From Dehalococcoidales bacterium (GTDB taxonomy: Bacteria > Chloroflexota > Dehalococcoidia > Lucifugimonadales > Lucifugimonadaceae), in the NCBI GenBank assembly GCA_009937255.1, contig JAACCT010000103.1:2763-66762 (forward strand): a DNA stretch of 64,000 nt, in the 5' to 3' direction. The notes beneath the pieces are model-generated. The model had not been told where the DNA came from and did not search any database. It worked only from the letters and a program-made list of their open reading frames with translations. The position numbers were made by a program, and so were the translations under genes. Shown here piece by piece: positions 7,010-16,391 of the stretch; position 1 is the first letter of the stretch; each line of letters begins with the position of its first letter.

Positions 7010-9918
7010 CTATCAACTGCTTCAGCTAATACTTGAATGAGATATTTAGGATTTTTATTCGAAAGATCTTTAATCTGATCATGACATGAAATTCCTGTAA
7101 CTATAATTTCTTGATTTTTTTCTGAATTATTTATAGCAGGTATAAGTCTATCACTTGCCATTTTTTTTGAAATATCATAGTGTTCTTTTTCCATTCCAAA
7201 TGAACCAGCCATACCACAGCATCCAGCATCAATAAGCTTGGCTTGGAATTTATCAGGTAAATTTAAGGATTCTAATGAATTATTAGTACCATCTAGTGCT
7301 CTTTCATGGCAGTGCACAAAAAGTAATAAATCTTTAGTTAAAGATTTCCATTTTATTTGTTGCCCTCCATCGTTTTTTATCTGAACTAATAAATCTTGTA
7401 TTGTAAAAGTATTTTCAGCAATTAATTTAGCATGAGTTCTATTATCTGCAAGATCTGGAAATTCATCTTGCATAGCAGATACACAACTAGACTCAACTCC
7501 TACAATTTTTATACCCTTTTCTACATATTTGTATAAAAGGTCAGTGTTATAGTCTACATTTTTTTTAGCTTGATCTAATAAGCCTTTGGAAATCATTGTT
7601 CTTCCGCAACATTTTCTATCAGCTATTTCCACTTCATATCCTGCAGCTTCCAATACTTTTACTGCAGATTTACCTACTTCTGGATGAATATAGTTAATAT
7701 GAGTGTCATGGAAAAAAAGTATTTTTCCTCTAGATTTTGATGAATTAATATTTCTTTTTTTAAACCAAGATTCAAAAGTATAGGTACTAATATTAGGCAT
7801 TTTTCTTTTTCTATCAATTCCAATTATTTTTTCAGTAATAATTTTAGAGAAAGGAAGTTTATTAGCTAAATTAAATAAATTTGCTTGAGGCCCAGATATT
7901 AACTTATATAATTTAGGGACACTACCAACTAGTTTGGATCTTAATGGGACTTTATTCTTTTTGTAATAGTTATTTAAGAATTCATATTTTATTTTTGCCA
8001 TATCTACATTTGCAGGACATTCTGATTTACAAGATTTACATTCTATGCACAGATCCAATACTTCAAGCATTTTTTTATTTGTTAGAAATTCTTCATTAAG
8101 AGATCCAGACAAAACACCTCTTAGAGCATTAGCTCTACCTCTTGTAGAGTGTACTTCTTCACGTGTAGCCATGTAAGAAGGGCACATTGCTCCTGCATTT
8201 AGTTTTCTACAAGCACCTACTCCAATACATTTTTCAACAGCACCTTCAAAACCTCCTTCGACAGAGAAATCAAGAACTGTGTCAATTTTTTTTAATTTAT
8301 AAGCTGTTCCATACCGTAAATTATCTCCCATTTTAGGAGTATCAAAAATTTTACCTGGATTCATTATAGTTTCTGGATCAAATGCACTTTTTAATTCTCT
8401 AAAAGAATCAATTATCTTTGGCCCATACATTTTTTCAGACCAAGCACCTCTAACAATTCCATCACCGTGTTCACCACTTAATGAACCATCAAATTCTTTT
8501 ACTAAATCTGATATTTCATCAGATATTTTTATCATTCTTTCAATGCCTTCATTATTCTTTAAATTAATTGTAGGCCTAATGTGAAGACATCCTTCTGCGG
8601 CATGACCGTAGTAACCGGCTTCAGTACCATTAGCTCTAACTATTTCATCAAATCTTTTTACATATTCAGGTAATTTTTCTGGAGAGACTGCAGTATCTTC
8701 AACAAAAGGAATAGGTTTTTTATCTCCTGGAATATTCATCATTAATCCCAAACCTGCTTGACGCATAGCCCAAACCTTAGATTGTTGAATAGGATCAAAG
8801 ATTTTTGTTATCGCATATGTAAGATTTAATCTTTTCATCTTATTAGATAATTTTTCTATTTTATCTTTTACATCATTAGGAGAATTACCATTCATTTCAA
8901 CTACTAAAATATCAGTAGGATCCCCTTGTAAAAAATCAAGATTTCTAGCAAACCCTAGAGATTGTTTAGCTTGAGTAATAATCATATTCCCAATATGTTC
9001 TACAGCAGCAGGACCTTCTTCTAAGGTGGCGACAGTGGCTTCCATTGATTCTATTAAGTCTTTAAAGTGTAAAATTGCTAAACCTATAAATTCAGGAATT
9101 GGCTCTAAATTTAACTTCGCTTTTGTTACAGCAGCTAAAGTTCCCTCAGAACCAACCATCATATTTACAAGGTTTATCTTGTTAGAATTTGGACGAAATA
9201 AATCTAAATTATATCCACCAACTCTTCTATTAACTTTTGAGTATTTATTATTGATTTCATCATAATATTTTGAAGATAAGCTCATTACATCTCTATAAAT
9301 TTTACCTTCAAGATTAGAAAGAGAAATTTTATCTTCAAGAACTTTTCCTGAAATTTCTTCAAAATAAGCTTTAGAACTATCAGATAGAATAACTTCCATT
9401 TCTCTTACATGATCAACTGTTTTTCCATAAATTATGGAATGAGCTCCACAAGAATTATTTCCCATAGCTCCTCCTACATTTGCCCTAGATTTTGTAGATG
9501 GATCTGGAGTGAAGTGAAGATTTAGATGCTTAAGTTTTTGGTTTAAGTTATCTATAGTTATTCCAGGCTGTGTTATTACATATTTTTCTTCAGGATTTAT
9601 TTCTATAACATTATTCATGTATTTTGAGAAATCTATAATTACTGCAGAATTAACAGTTTGACCAGAGAGACTTGTGCCACCTCCACGTGGCAAAATTGCT
9701 GTGTTACTTTTATTACATATATCTATAATTGCAATAACATCATCAGCATTTTTAGGGAGAGTTACTCCTATTGGAGTCATACTGTATATTGATCCGTCTG
9801 TGCTATACATTTGACGATAAATATCATCAAATTTTACTTCACCTTGAATACTTTTTTTAAGCTCGTTTTCTAAATCAGATTTGATTAGATTATTAGATTT
9901 TTCTTTGGTAGAGGTCAT
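7006..9918 (-). CDS. FAD-linked oxidase fused to a Fe-S/CCG oxidoreductase domain (YdiJ/GlcD-GlcF-like 2-hydroxyacid dehydrogenase)
   Basis: PRGGGTSLSGQ FAD-binding domain, CIECKSCKSECP 4Fe-4S motif, and two CCG motifs (CCGRTM, CCGMAGSFG). Confidence 0.85.
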   Translation of the reverse strand: MTSTKEKSNNLIKSDLENELKKSIQGEVKFDDIYRQMYSTDGSIYSMTPIGVTLPKNADDVIAIIDICNKSNTAILPRGGGTSLSGQTVNSAVIIDFSKYMNNVIEINPEEKYVITQPGITIDNLNQKLKHLNLHFTPDPSTKSRANVGGAMGNNSCGAHSIIYGKTVDHVREMEVILSDSSKAYFEEISGKVLEDKISLSNLEGKIYRDVMSLSSKYYDEINNKYSKVNRRVGGYNLDLFRPNSNKINLVNMMVGSEGTLAAVTKAKLNLEPIPEFIGLAILHFKDLIESMEATVATLEEGPAAVEHIGNMIITQAKQSLGFARNLDFLQGDPTDILVVEMNGNSPNDVKDKIEKLSNKMKRLNLTYAITKIFDPIQQSKVWAMRQAGLGLMMNIPGDKKPIPFVEDTAVSPEKLPEYVKRFDEIVRANGTEAGYYGHAAEGCLHIRPTINLKNNEGIERMIKISDEISDLVKEFDGSLSGEHGDGIVRGAWSEKMYGPKIIDSFRELKSAFDPETIMNPGKIFDTPKMGDNLRYGTAYKLKKIDTVLDFSVEGGFEGAVEKCIGVGACRKLNAGAMCPSYMATREEVHSTRGRANALRGVLSGSLNEEFLTNKKMLEVLDLCIECKSCKSECPANVDMAKIKYEFLNNYYKKNKVPLRSKLVGSVPKLYKLISGPQANLFNLANKLPFSKIITEKIIGIDRKRKMPNISTYTFESWFKKRNINSSKSRGKILFFHDTHINYIHPEVGKSAVKVLEAAGYEVEIADRKCCGRTMISKGLLDQAKKNVDYNTDLLYKYVEKGIKIVGVESSCVSAMQDEFPDLADNRTHAKLIAENTFTIQDLLVQIKNDGGQQIKWKSLTKDLLLFVHCHERALDGTNNSLESLNLPDKFQAKLIDAGCCGMAGSFGMEKEHYDISKKMASDRLIPAINNSEKNQEIIVTGISCHDQIKDLSNKNPKYLIQVLAEAVDS

Positions 9919-9925
9919 TCAATAT

Positions 9926-10774
9926 TTATTTTATATCACCTATTGTGTAAATCTGTTCTCCTCTAGGAGTACTTACAGTTACTTCATCACCCAGTCTTCT
10001 ACCTAGGATAGCAGATCCAACAGGAGAAACACTAGATATTTTACCAATTAAAGGATTGGCTTCATTTGCTTCAACTAACTGATATTCATAGTTATTTTCA
10101 CTCTCCTGATTTTTAACTGACACTTTGGATCCTATTACAATTCTGTCACCTGCAGCTCTGTTATCTATAATATTAGCAACTTTAAGAATAGCTTCAATTT
10201 CAAAAATCTTAGAATTAACCATTTCGATTTTTTCTCTAGCTGCATCTAGTGGTGCATTTTCTCTAATATCTCCATCTGCAGCAGCTTTTCTAACTTCATC
10301 TGCAAGAAATGGTCTTTCAGATTTAAAATCTTTTAATTGTTTTTCATAGTCTTTATAACCAGCTTCAGTTAAATTGATTTCTTCGACTCTAGTTGATTCC
10401 AATTTTTTTGTTATCTTACCAACATTAGATTTTTTCATCCTAAGATGAGAAGCTAAGTTAGTCTGAGTTAATTCTGTTGATCTTAAAAATGCAAGAAATT
10501 TTTTAATGTCAGCTACTTTTTTTGCACCAGTATCAGTGCTTGATCTCTTCGCAAACTCATCGGAGTATATTCCTACTTCAGATGGGGTTATAGTTTCAAC
10601 TTTTCTTTCAGAACCAAGCCATCGAACCATTCTGCCGATTTCTTGTTGGGCTACATTAGTTAGTTTTCTAGAAGAGCTTTGTACATAATATTGAAAAGCC
10701 TCACCCAGATTATCTAGATCCGGCCCAAGCTCGTTTTCCTGACTGTTTAAGTTAGTATCAGATTCTATAGCCAA
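9926..10774 (-). CDS. GreA-family transcript cleavage factor with a roughly 130-aa N-terminal extension
   Basis: The C-terminal ~150 aa align with GreA (GDIRENAPLDAAREK coiled-coil tip; ISSVSPVGSAILGRRLGDEV). The N-terminal part is extra. Confidence 0.75.
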   Translation of the reverse strand: MAIESDTNLNSQENELGPDLDNLGEAFQYYVQSSSRKLTNVAQQEIGRMVRWLGSERKVETITPSEVGIYSDEFAKRSSTDTGAKKVADIKKFLAFLRSTELTQTNLASHLRMKKSNVGKITKKLESTRVEEINLTEAGYKDYEKQLKDFKSERPFLADEVRKAAADGDIRENAPLDAAREKIEMVNSKIFEIEAILKVANIIDNRAAGDRIVIGSKVSVKNQESENNYEYQLVEANEANPLIGKISSVSPVGSAILGRRLGDEVTVSTPRGEQIYTIGDIK

Positions 10775-10927
10775 TGTTGCGCCCCCAGAAAATTCGTATC
10801 ACTCTATTTTAACTTGATTTCTAATAAATTGCTTTCTTAAATTGATGTTTTTATGAAGAAACAACTTTTTATTTGATTATTTTTGATAATATTAAGTTAA
10901 TAAAAGATAATATCGAAGAATTAGAAA

Positions 10928-11065
10928 ATGCCAAAAAGAACTTATCAACCTAAAAATAGACGAAGAGCTAGAGTACACGGTTTTAGATCAAGAATGAGAT
11001 CTGCTAGCGGAAGAAGAGTTTTGGCCAGAAGAAGAAACAAGGGTCGAACAAGACTTACAGTATAA
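10928..11065 (+). CDS. rpmH: 50S ribosomal protein L34
   Basis: 45-aa [26 protein letters not shown]..., below the track length cut-off. It precedes rnpA as usual. Confidence 0.92.
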   Translation: MPKRTYQPKNRRRARVHGFRSRMRSASGRRVLARRRNKGRTRLTV

Positions 11066-11072
11066 AAAGCTA

Positions 11073-11405
11073 TTGGAAGTTAAAAGCCTAAATACAAAAG
11101 CTGAATTTGTAGAAATTAAAAGATTTGGTAAAAAAGCTAGTTTTAATCTAATTACTATTACTACTTTGAATAAAACTAAAAATGACTTTAGAATTGGATT
11201 TCAAATTAGTAAAAAAACAGGAAAAGCTGTTTTTAGAAATAAAATTAGAAGACAATTAAGGCACTTGTTCTCTGAAGTATTTAGTAACTACTTAAGTAAT
11301 TCTGAAAATAATGGTTTATGGGTATTAATATACATAAATCCAAAAATAGAAAATTTTAATTTTTCTAAATATAAATCTTTTTTAGAAAAAAAATTTGATT
11401 TATAG
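11073..11405 (+). CDS. rnpA: RNase P protein component
   Basis: KKTGKAVFRNKIRRQLRHLF signature; TTG start; conserved rpmH-rnpA order. Confidence 0.88.
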   Translation: MEVKSLNTKAEFVEIKRFGKKASFNLITITTLNKTKNDFRIGFQISKKTGKAVFRNKIRRQLRHLFSEVFSNYLSNSENNGLWVLIYINPKIENFNFSKYKSFLEKKFDL

Positions 11406-11414
11406 GGAAATAAT

Positions 11415-12863
11415 TTGAGAAATATAAATTCTCCAATAGATATAATTGAGCTTATTTTAAAGAAAGTAGCAATATTTTTACTTTATATTTATAAACAGTC
11501 AATTTCACCTTATATATCTTCTCAATGTTCCTATTCTTTGACCTGCTCAGATTATGCTAAGAATGTAATAAAAGAAAAAGGTGTTTTTATTGGTATTTTT
11601 CTTTCTATAATTAGACTTGGAAAATGTTCTTTAATTCCATTGAAAAGTATTTTTAAATTTAATATTTCTTTTATTAAAATTCCGAAAAAGTTTAATACTT
11701 TTTTCCTGTTAATTATTTTTTTTGGATTTATTTCTTGTACAAACTTTTCTCATCAAGGAGGATGGTCAAATGTAATCTTAGATTCTGAAAATGATAGTTT
11801 ATATGTTTCTTCAAATAAAGGTAAACTTTTTAATATAATTACCAATGATGGTGTTCCAAGTATTAACTGGACATATCCTAAAGATTCTAGAGGAACTTCA
11901 TATTCTGATCCAATTCTTTATGGAAATTCTGTAATAAATGCTAGTTTTGATTGTAAGGGTAAAAGCTGTGAAGGTGAGATTTATGAATTGGAAAAATCTA
12001 ATGGAGAACTAGTTTGGCAAAAAAATATTCCGTCTAAAATTAGTCCAAAAATTGGCTTATATAAAGATTTATTACTTGTTACAGCTCTTAAGAAACAAGA
12101 AAATAATCAAGAATTAACTACTAGTGACATTTATCTAATTTCTTTAAACGATCAAAGCAAAGGATCTATTATAGGTAAAATTCCTATTTCTGGAGAAGTA
12201 TGGAGTGGAACATATTTATATAATGATATGGTTTTTATAGCAACGTTAAGTGGAATGTTATATGTATTTGATGCTAATAAAATAAAAGATTTTTCTAATA
12301 ATTCATTTGATGAGATTTTAATTGATTCAATACAATTACCCCACGCTATAAATTCTAAATTACATTTTTCATCAAATAAGATATTTCTTTCTGATGTTTC
12401 AGGTGAATTTTACACAATAAATATAAATAATCTACAAGATAATAAAAAAGTAAATATTAAAAACTGGATGATTTCTAGTCCGTTGTTTTATTTGGATAAA
12501 GTTTATGTTTTTACTATTAACGGAGATGTTTTTTTAATTGATATTGATAAACATGAAATTTTAGAAAGTTTTTCAACAGACAAAATAATTGTAGGTGATC
12601 CTAAAAAATTACAAATTGATAGTGATAATTATATTCTTATACCAACTGAAAAAAATGGAATTGAAATCATTAATAATGACCCCTTTGATTTAGGTACAAG
12701 TTTAGGTCGATATCCTACTGATAAAAAACTATATAGTTCACCATTAATTAATGAAAGTAATTTAATTATTCATACTCAAAAAAGTGAGCTGTTATTTTTT
12801 AAATTAAAAAATAGAGATATGTATTATTGTTTAGATTTAAATGAAGAAAAAATTTGTGATTAG
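11415..12863 (+). CDS. yidD: YidD (membrane protein insertion efficiency factor) fused to a TM/lipobox segment and a PQQ/BamB-like beta-propeller domain
   Basis: Residues 24-74 match YidD (YKQSISPYISSQCSYSLTCSDYA...RLGKC). Residues 91-108, KKFNTFFLLIIFFGFISC, look like a lipoprotein signal. The remaining ~370 aa carry repeated beta-strand motifs (GELVWQ, GMLYVFDA, GDVFLIDI). Confidence 0.7.
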   Translation: MRNINSPIDIIELILKKVAIFLLYIYKQSISPYISSQCSYSLTCSDYAKNVIKEKGVFIGIFLSIIRLGKCSLIPLKSIFKFNISFIKIPKKFNTFFLLIIFFGFISCTNFSHQGGWSNVILDSENDSLYVSSNKGKLFNIITNDGVPSINWTYPKDSRGTSYSDPILYGNSVINASFDCKGKSCEGEIYELEKSNGELVWQKNIPSKISPKIGLYKDLLLVTALKKQENNQELTTSDIYLISLNDQSKGSIIGKIPISGEVWSGTYLYNDMVFIATLSGMLYVFDANKIKDFSNNSFDEILIDSIQLPHAINSKLHFSSNKIFLSDVSGEFYTININNLQDNKKVNIKNWMISSPLFYLDKVYVFTINGDVFLIDIDKHEILESFSTDKIIVGDPKKLQIDSDNYILIPTEKNGIEIINNDPFDLGTSLGRYPTDKKLYSSPLINESNLIIHTQKSELLFFKLKNRDMYYCLDLNEEKICD

Positions 12864-12877
12864 AATTAAGGAATATT

Positions 12878-13843
12878 TTGAATATATTTAGCCTATTTTG
12901 GAATAATATAATTATGAAGCCTATGATTAATAGTCTTGCATTACTTTATGATGTACTTGGAGATAATCTAGGTCTTTCTATAATTTCATTTACGGTATTA
13001 ATTAGGTTCATTTTAATACCATTAACTGTAAGACAAACTAAGCAAATGAAAAAAATGCAAGAGTTACAACCCCAATTACAAGCTATCCAAAAAAAATATA
13101 AGAATAAAACTCCACAAACTAGGCACAAAATCCAACAAGAAACTATGGGCCTTTATAAAGAGGCTGGTGTAAATCCAGTTGGCTGTTTAGGGCCATTAAT
13201 TATACAAATGCCAATATGGATTGGCTTATATAGAGCAATTTTAAAAAGTGCTCCATCTTCTCCTGAAGGATTTGTAGATCTTTCTAAATATTTTTACTCT
13301 TGGAATTTTTCTATATCTAAAGTACCTTTTAATAGTAATTTTTTAGGTATTGATTTAGTAGATTTTGTACAATTTGCTCCTACACCGTGGCAGTTTGCTT
13401 TGCCTTTAATTGTTGGTTTTTCAATGTTTATTCAACAAAAATTTACCACATCGCCTTCTACAGATCCCAGGCAACAACAAACACAGCAAATGATGTTATG
13501 GATGATGCCTATAATGTTTGGTATTTTCACATGGCAATTTCCTGCAGGATTAGCTGTATATATATTTTTTTCTAATCTGATGGGGATAATAATCCAATAT
13601 TTTGTAGGGGGAAAACAACCACTTATGTTGTTTGGTAAATTATATTTTGGTACAGATCAATCAAGAGGAGAATACTTGGAAAAACTTAATAATCAAAAAC
13701 TAAGTAAAGAAACACAAATAGAAGAAATAAATAATAAGGAGGATAATAATGAATCCAAGGATATTCAAAGGGAAAACAGTAGAAGAAGCAACAGAAGAAG
13801 CCCTAAAAACTCTAAAACAAGATCTAGAAAACCTAGAAATTAA
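12878..13843 (+). CDS. yidC: membrane protein insertase YidC (short Gram-positive/Oxa1 type)
   Basis: 321 aa with multiple TM segments, the conserved LIPLTVRQTKQMKKMQELQP region and a highly basic C-terminal tail. Confidence 0.9.
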   Translation: MNIFSLFWNNIIMKPMINSLALLYDVLGDNLGLSIISFTVLIRFILIPLTVRQTKQMKKMQELQPQLQAIQKKYKNKTPQTRHKIQQETMGLYKEAGVNPVGCLGPLIIQMPIWIGLYRAILKSAPSSPEGFVDLSKYFYSWNFSISKVPFNSNFLGIDLVDFVQFAPTPWQFALPLIVGFSMFIQQKFTTSPSTDPRQQQTQQMMLWMMPIMFGIFTWQFPAGLAVYIFFSNLMGIIIQYFVGGKQPLMLFGKLYFGTDQSRGEYLEKLNNQKLSKETQIEEINNKEDNNESKDIQRENSRRSNRRSPKNSKTRSRKPRN

Positions 13844-14552
13844 AATAATTGATACGGGCAGAACTGGTATTTTAGGTTTGGGAGGACATCCAGCTGAAAT
13901 AGAAGTATATATAATAGGTCAGCCTATTGATGCTGTATCAGATGAAGATGAAGCACCCAAAAAAATAGCTAAACCTAAGGTTGCTAGAAATCAAAATAAA
14001 AGGAAGCCTCCGCAAAAAAGAGAGACTGTAAAAAAGTCATTTCCTAAAAAAAAGATAGAACGAAAAATAGATGAAAATATTCCAACAGAAAAAGATCCAG
14101 AAGTTGAAGAAGCTGTGGGAAAAATTTTAAGTAATATAATAAATTCTACGGGCTTAGATACTGATGTTTATGTTAGAGATCAAATGGAAGAAGGTTCAAT
14201 AGTATTTGAATTAGAAGGTAAAGATTCAGGTCTGCTTATTGGACGAAGAGGTGAAACCTTATCTTCTATAGAATATCTTGTTAGATTGATTGCTAGTAAA
14301 AATTTAGATAAAAGAGCTAATGTAATGATTGATGTGGAAGATTATAAGCTAAGGAGAAAAGAAAAATTAGCTTCAATTGCAAGTAATACTGCAGAAAAAG
14401 TTATAAAAACAGGAAAAAGAATTAGTTTAGAACCAATGTCTGCATCAGATAGAAGAATTATCCATATGACACTTGCTGATAATAATCAAATTGATACTCA
14501 AAGCAGAGGAGAAGGATTACAAAGAAAAGTAGTCATAAATCCAATAGATTAA
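13749..14552 (+). CDS. jag: Jag/KhpB RNA-binding protein (Jag_N, KH, R3H)
   Basis: AAGGAGG RBS before the ATG at 13749. Jag_N (KGKTVEEATEEALKTL), KH (IGRRGETLSSIEYL) and R3H (SASDRRIIHMTL) domains. Confidence 0.88.
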   Translation: MNPRIFKGKTVEEATEEALKTLKQDLENLEIKIIDTGRTGILGLGGHPAEIEVYIIGQPIDAVSDEDEAPKKIAKPKVARNQNKRKPPQKRETVKKSFPKKKIERKIDENIPTEKDPEVEEAVGKILSNIINSTGLDTDVYVRDQMEEGSIVFELEGKDSGLLIGRRGETLSSIEYLVRLIASKNLDKRANVMIDVEDYKLRRKEKLASIASNTAEKVIKTGKRISLEPMSASDRRIIHMTLADNNQIDTQSRGEGLQRKVVINPID

Positions 14553-14553
14553 A

Positions 14554-15366
14554 ATGTTTAAAACTTTGGTTATAGGAAATCCTTCAATAGATATTTTAGA
14601 TGGTAATATTTATCAACCTGGAGGTCCTGTAACTTTTGTTGCTAATACTTTATCTTTAATGGGATGTGAAAAGATTAAAGTTATTTCTTCATTTGGTAAA
14701 GATTATTCAATAAGAAATTTTGATTCTAAAATTATTACTACGGTAAATAATATGAATTCAACCACAAAGTTTAATACTTTTTATAAAGATTCATTAAGAA
14801 TTCAAATCTTAGAATCAAAAGCATCAGTCTTAGATTTGAATTCAATTGTGGAAAAAAAAATTCATTCAGATTTAGTTTTTTTTACACCAGTCATGGATGA
14901 AATAAAAATTCCTGATGCTAATAAAATTGTGAATAGTAATAGGGATACTTTTTTTATATCCTTACCTCAAGGTTGGATTAGAAAAAATAATAATAAAAAA
15001 ATATCACATGATTTTTCAATTATAAAATCATTACCATTTTTTAATATAATTTTTTTTTCTGAAGAAGAAGTTTCTTCAGCTAAAATCACCATAAACGAAT
15101 TAATAGATTTAGCGAAAATATTAGTTATTACTAACGGAAAACATGGATCGACTATTTATTATAATAAACAAATTTTAAGAATAGACGCACAGATAACTAA
15201 TCCAATAGACACTTTGGGTGCAGGAGATATTTATGCTGCAGTTTTTTCTACTATTTATTTTAAAACTAAAAATCTAATAATTGCAGGAGAAAAAGCTTCT
15301 AAAATAGCTTCTAAAAGTACAGAATATGAAGGACTTAAAAGCATCAATTCTAAAATTCTAATGTAA
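14554..15366 (+). CDS. PfkB-family carbohydrate/nucleoside kinase
   Basis: C-terminal DTLGAGDIYAAVF (the PfkB GAGD motif). Confidence 0.65.
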   Translation: MFKTLVIGNPSIDILDGNIYQPGGPVTFVANTLSLMGCEKIKVISSFGKDYSIRNFDSKIITTVNNMNSTTKFNTFYKDSLRIQILESKASVLDLNSIVEKKIHSDLVFFTPVMDEIKIPDANKIVNSNRDTFFISLPQGWIRKNNNKKISHDFSIIKSLPFFNIIFFSEEEVSSAKITINELIDLAKILVITNGKHGSTIYYNKQILRIDAQITNPIDTLGAGDIYAAVFSTIYFKTKNLIIAGEKASKIASKSTEYEGLKSINSKILM

Positions 15367-16239
15367 AATTTTACTTATAAACAACGAAGTTATAAATAGA
15401 ATTATTAGTATTAAGATATAAAAATCTCTGATTATTATATCTTCAGGGAAGTCTCCTGATTTTTTCTTTTGAATTATAAAATAGTATCTAGTTATTCCAA
15501 GAGTAAAAAACAAACTAGAAATTATGAAAAATAAATTTCTTTGAGCACTTAATATTTCAGAGGTAGAGTATAAAAAATATATAGTTATATTTGATATATA
15601 AAGGGAAAAAATAATTTTTGAAAAAAAAGGTTTAGAATAAAATTTACTTAGATTTTTATTTCTATAAATTAAACCTTTTTCAGATTCTCTTATTCTTTTG
15701 ATTATTATGATAAAAAGTGAAAGAAAAAAAGTAAGAATAAATAACCAAATAGACACATCATATCCAATGGCAAAAGTTCCTCCAAGCATTCTTATAATAT
15801 AAAAAAAAGTAATAGTAATAACATCTAAAATAATAATATTTTTAAGAAATATTGAATAAAGTAAACTTGTAAAAATATAAATAAAAAAAAGTATAATTAT
15901 ATTTTTACTTACTAAAATAGAAAAAATAATTCCTATAATAAATAAAATTGAAATAAATAAAAATATTTCTAAATTATTAATCTCTTCATTTGCTATAGGT
16001 CTATTTTTTTTAATTTTATGTTTTTTATCAAAATTTTTATCTATTAAATCATTTATTTGATAACCAATGGTTGAACAGCAAATAAATACAAAAAATGAGA
16101 ACAAGCTATTTTTAAATAAGTCTTGAATTTCATTTATATTTAAATTTATCCAGCTATCTAATGTGAAAAAAAGAGGAATAAATAATATTGTGTTCTTTAG
16201 TATTTGCTTAGGCCTAGCTGTAAGAAGAAATTTTTTCAT
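15358..16239 (-). CDS. UbiA-family prenyl/phosphoribosyl transferase (polytopic membrane protein)
   Basis: NDLIDKNFDKKH (NDxxDxxxD) motif and about 8 hydrophobic segments. Confidence 0.75.
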   Translation of the reverse strand: MKKFLLTARPKQILKNTILFIPLFFTLDSWINLNINEIQDLFKNSLFSFFVFICCSTIGYQINDLIDKNFDKKHKIKKNRPIANEEINNLEIFLFISILFIIGIIFSILVSKNIIILFFIYIFTSLLYSIFLKNIIILDVITITFFYIIRMLGGTFAIGYDVSIWLFILTFFLSLFIIIIKRIRESEKGLIYRNKNLSKFYSKPFFSKIIFSLYISNITIYFLYSTSEILSAQRNLFFIISSLFFTLGITRYYFIIQKKKSGDFPEDIIIRDFYILILIILFITSLFISKILH

Positions 16240-16391
16240 AATATTTATTTTTATTATAATTTAATAAAATAAATAAATAAGATTTTTTTTCATTTAAAAA
16301 GATTAAAAATTAGTATATATACACTTTATAAATCTTCATGAAAATGTAACCATTGTAATAGGTTTTACAACACAAATAATAATAATAATTA

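Noticed and set aside
10775-10927. A possible oriC upstream of rpmH, since the rpmH-rnpA-yidC-jag cluster usually flanks dnaA/oriC.
   Set aside because: dnaA is not adjacent; a greA-like gene is divergent instead. I could not find TTATCCACA-like DnaA boxes or an obvious box cluster by eye.
16240-16391. A possible purine or ZTP riboswitch in the 152-nt leader upstream of purF.
   Set aside because: The region is almost pure A/T. It lacks the conserved G/C-containing cores of the purine and ZTP (pfl) motifs and has no convincing terminator hairpin.
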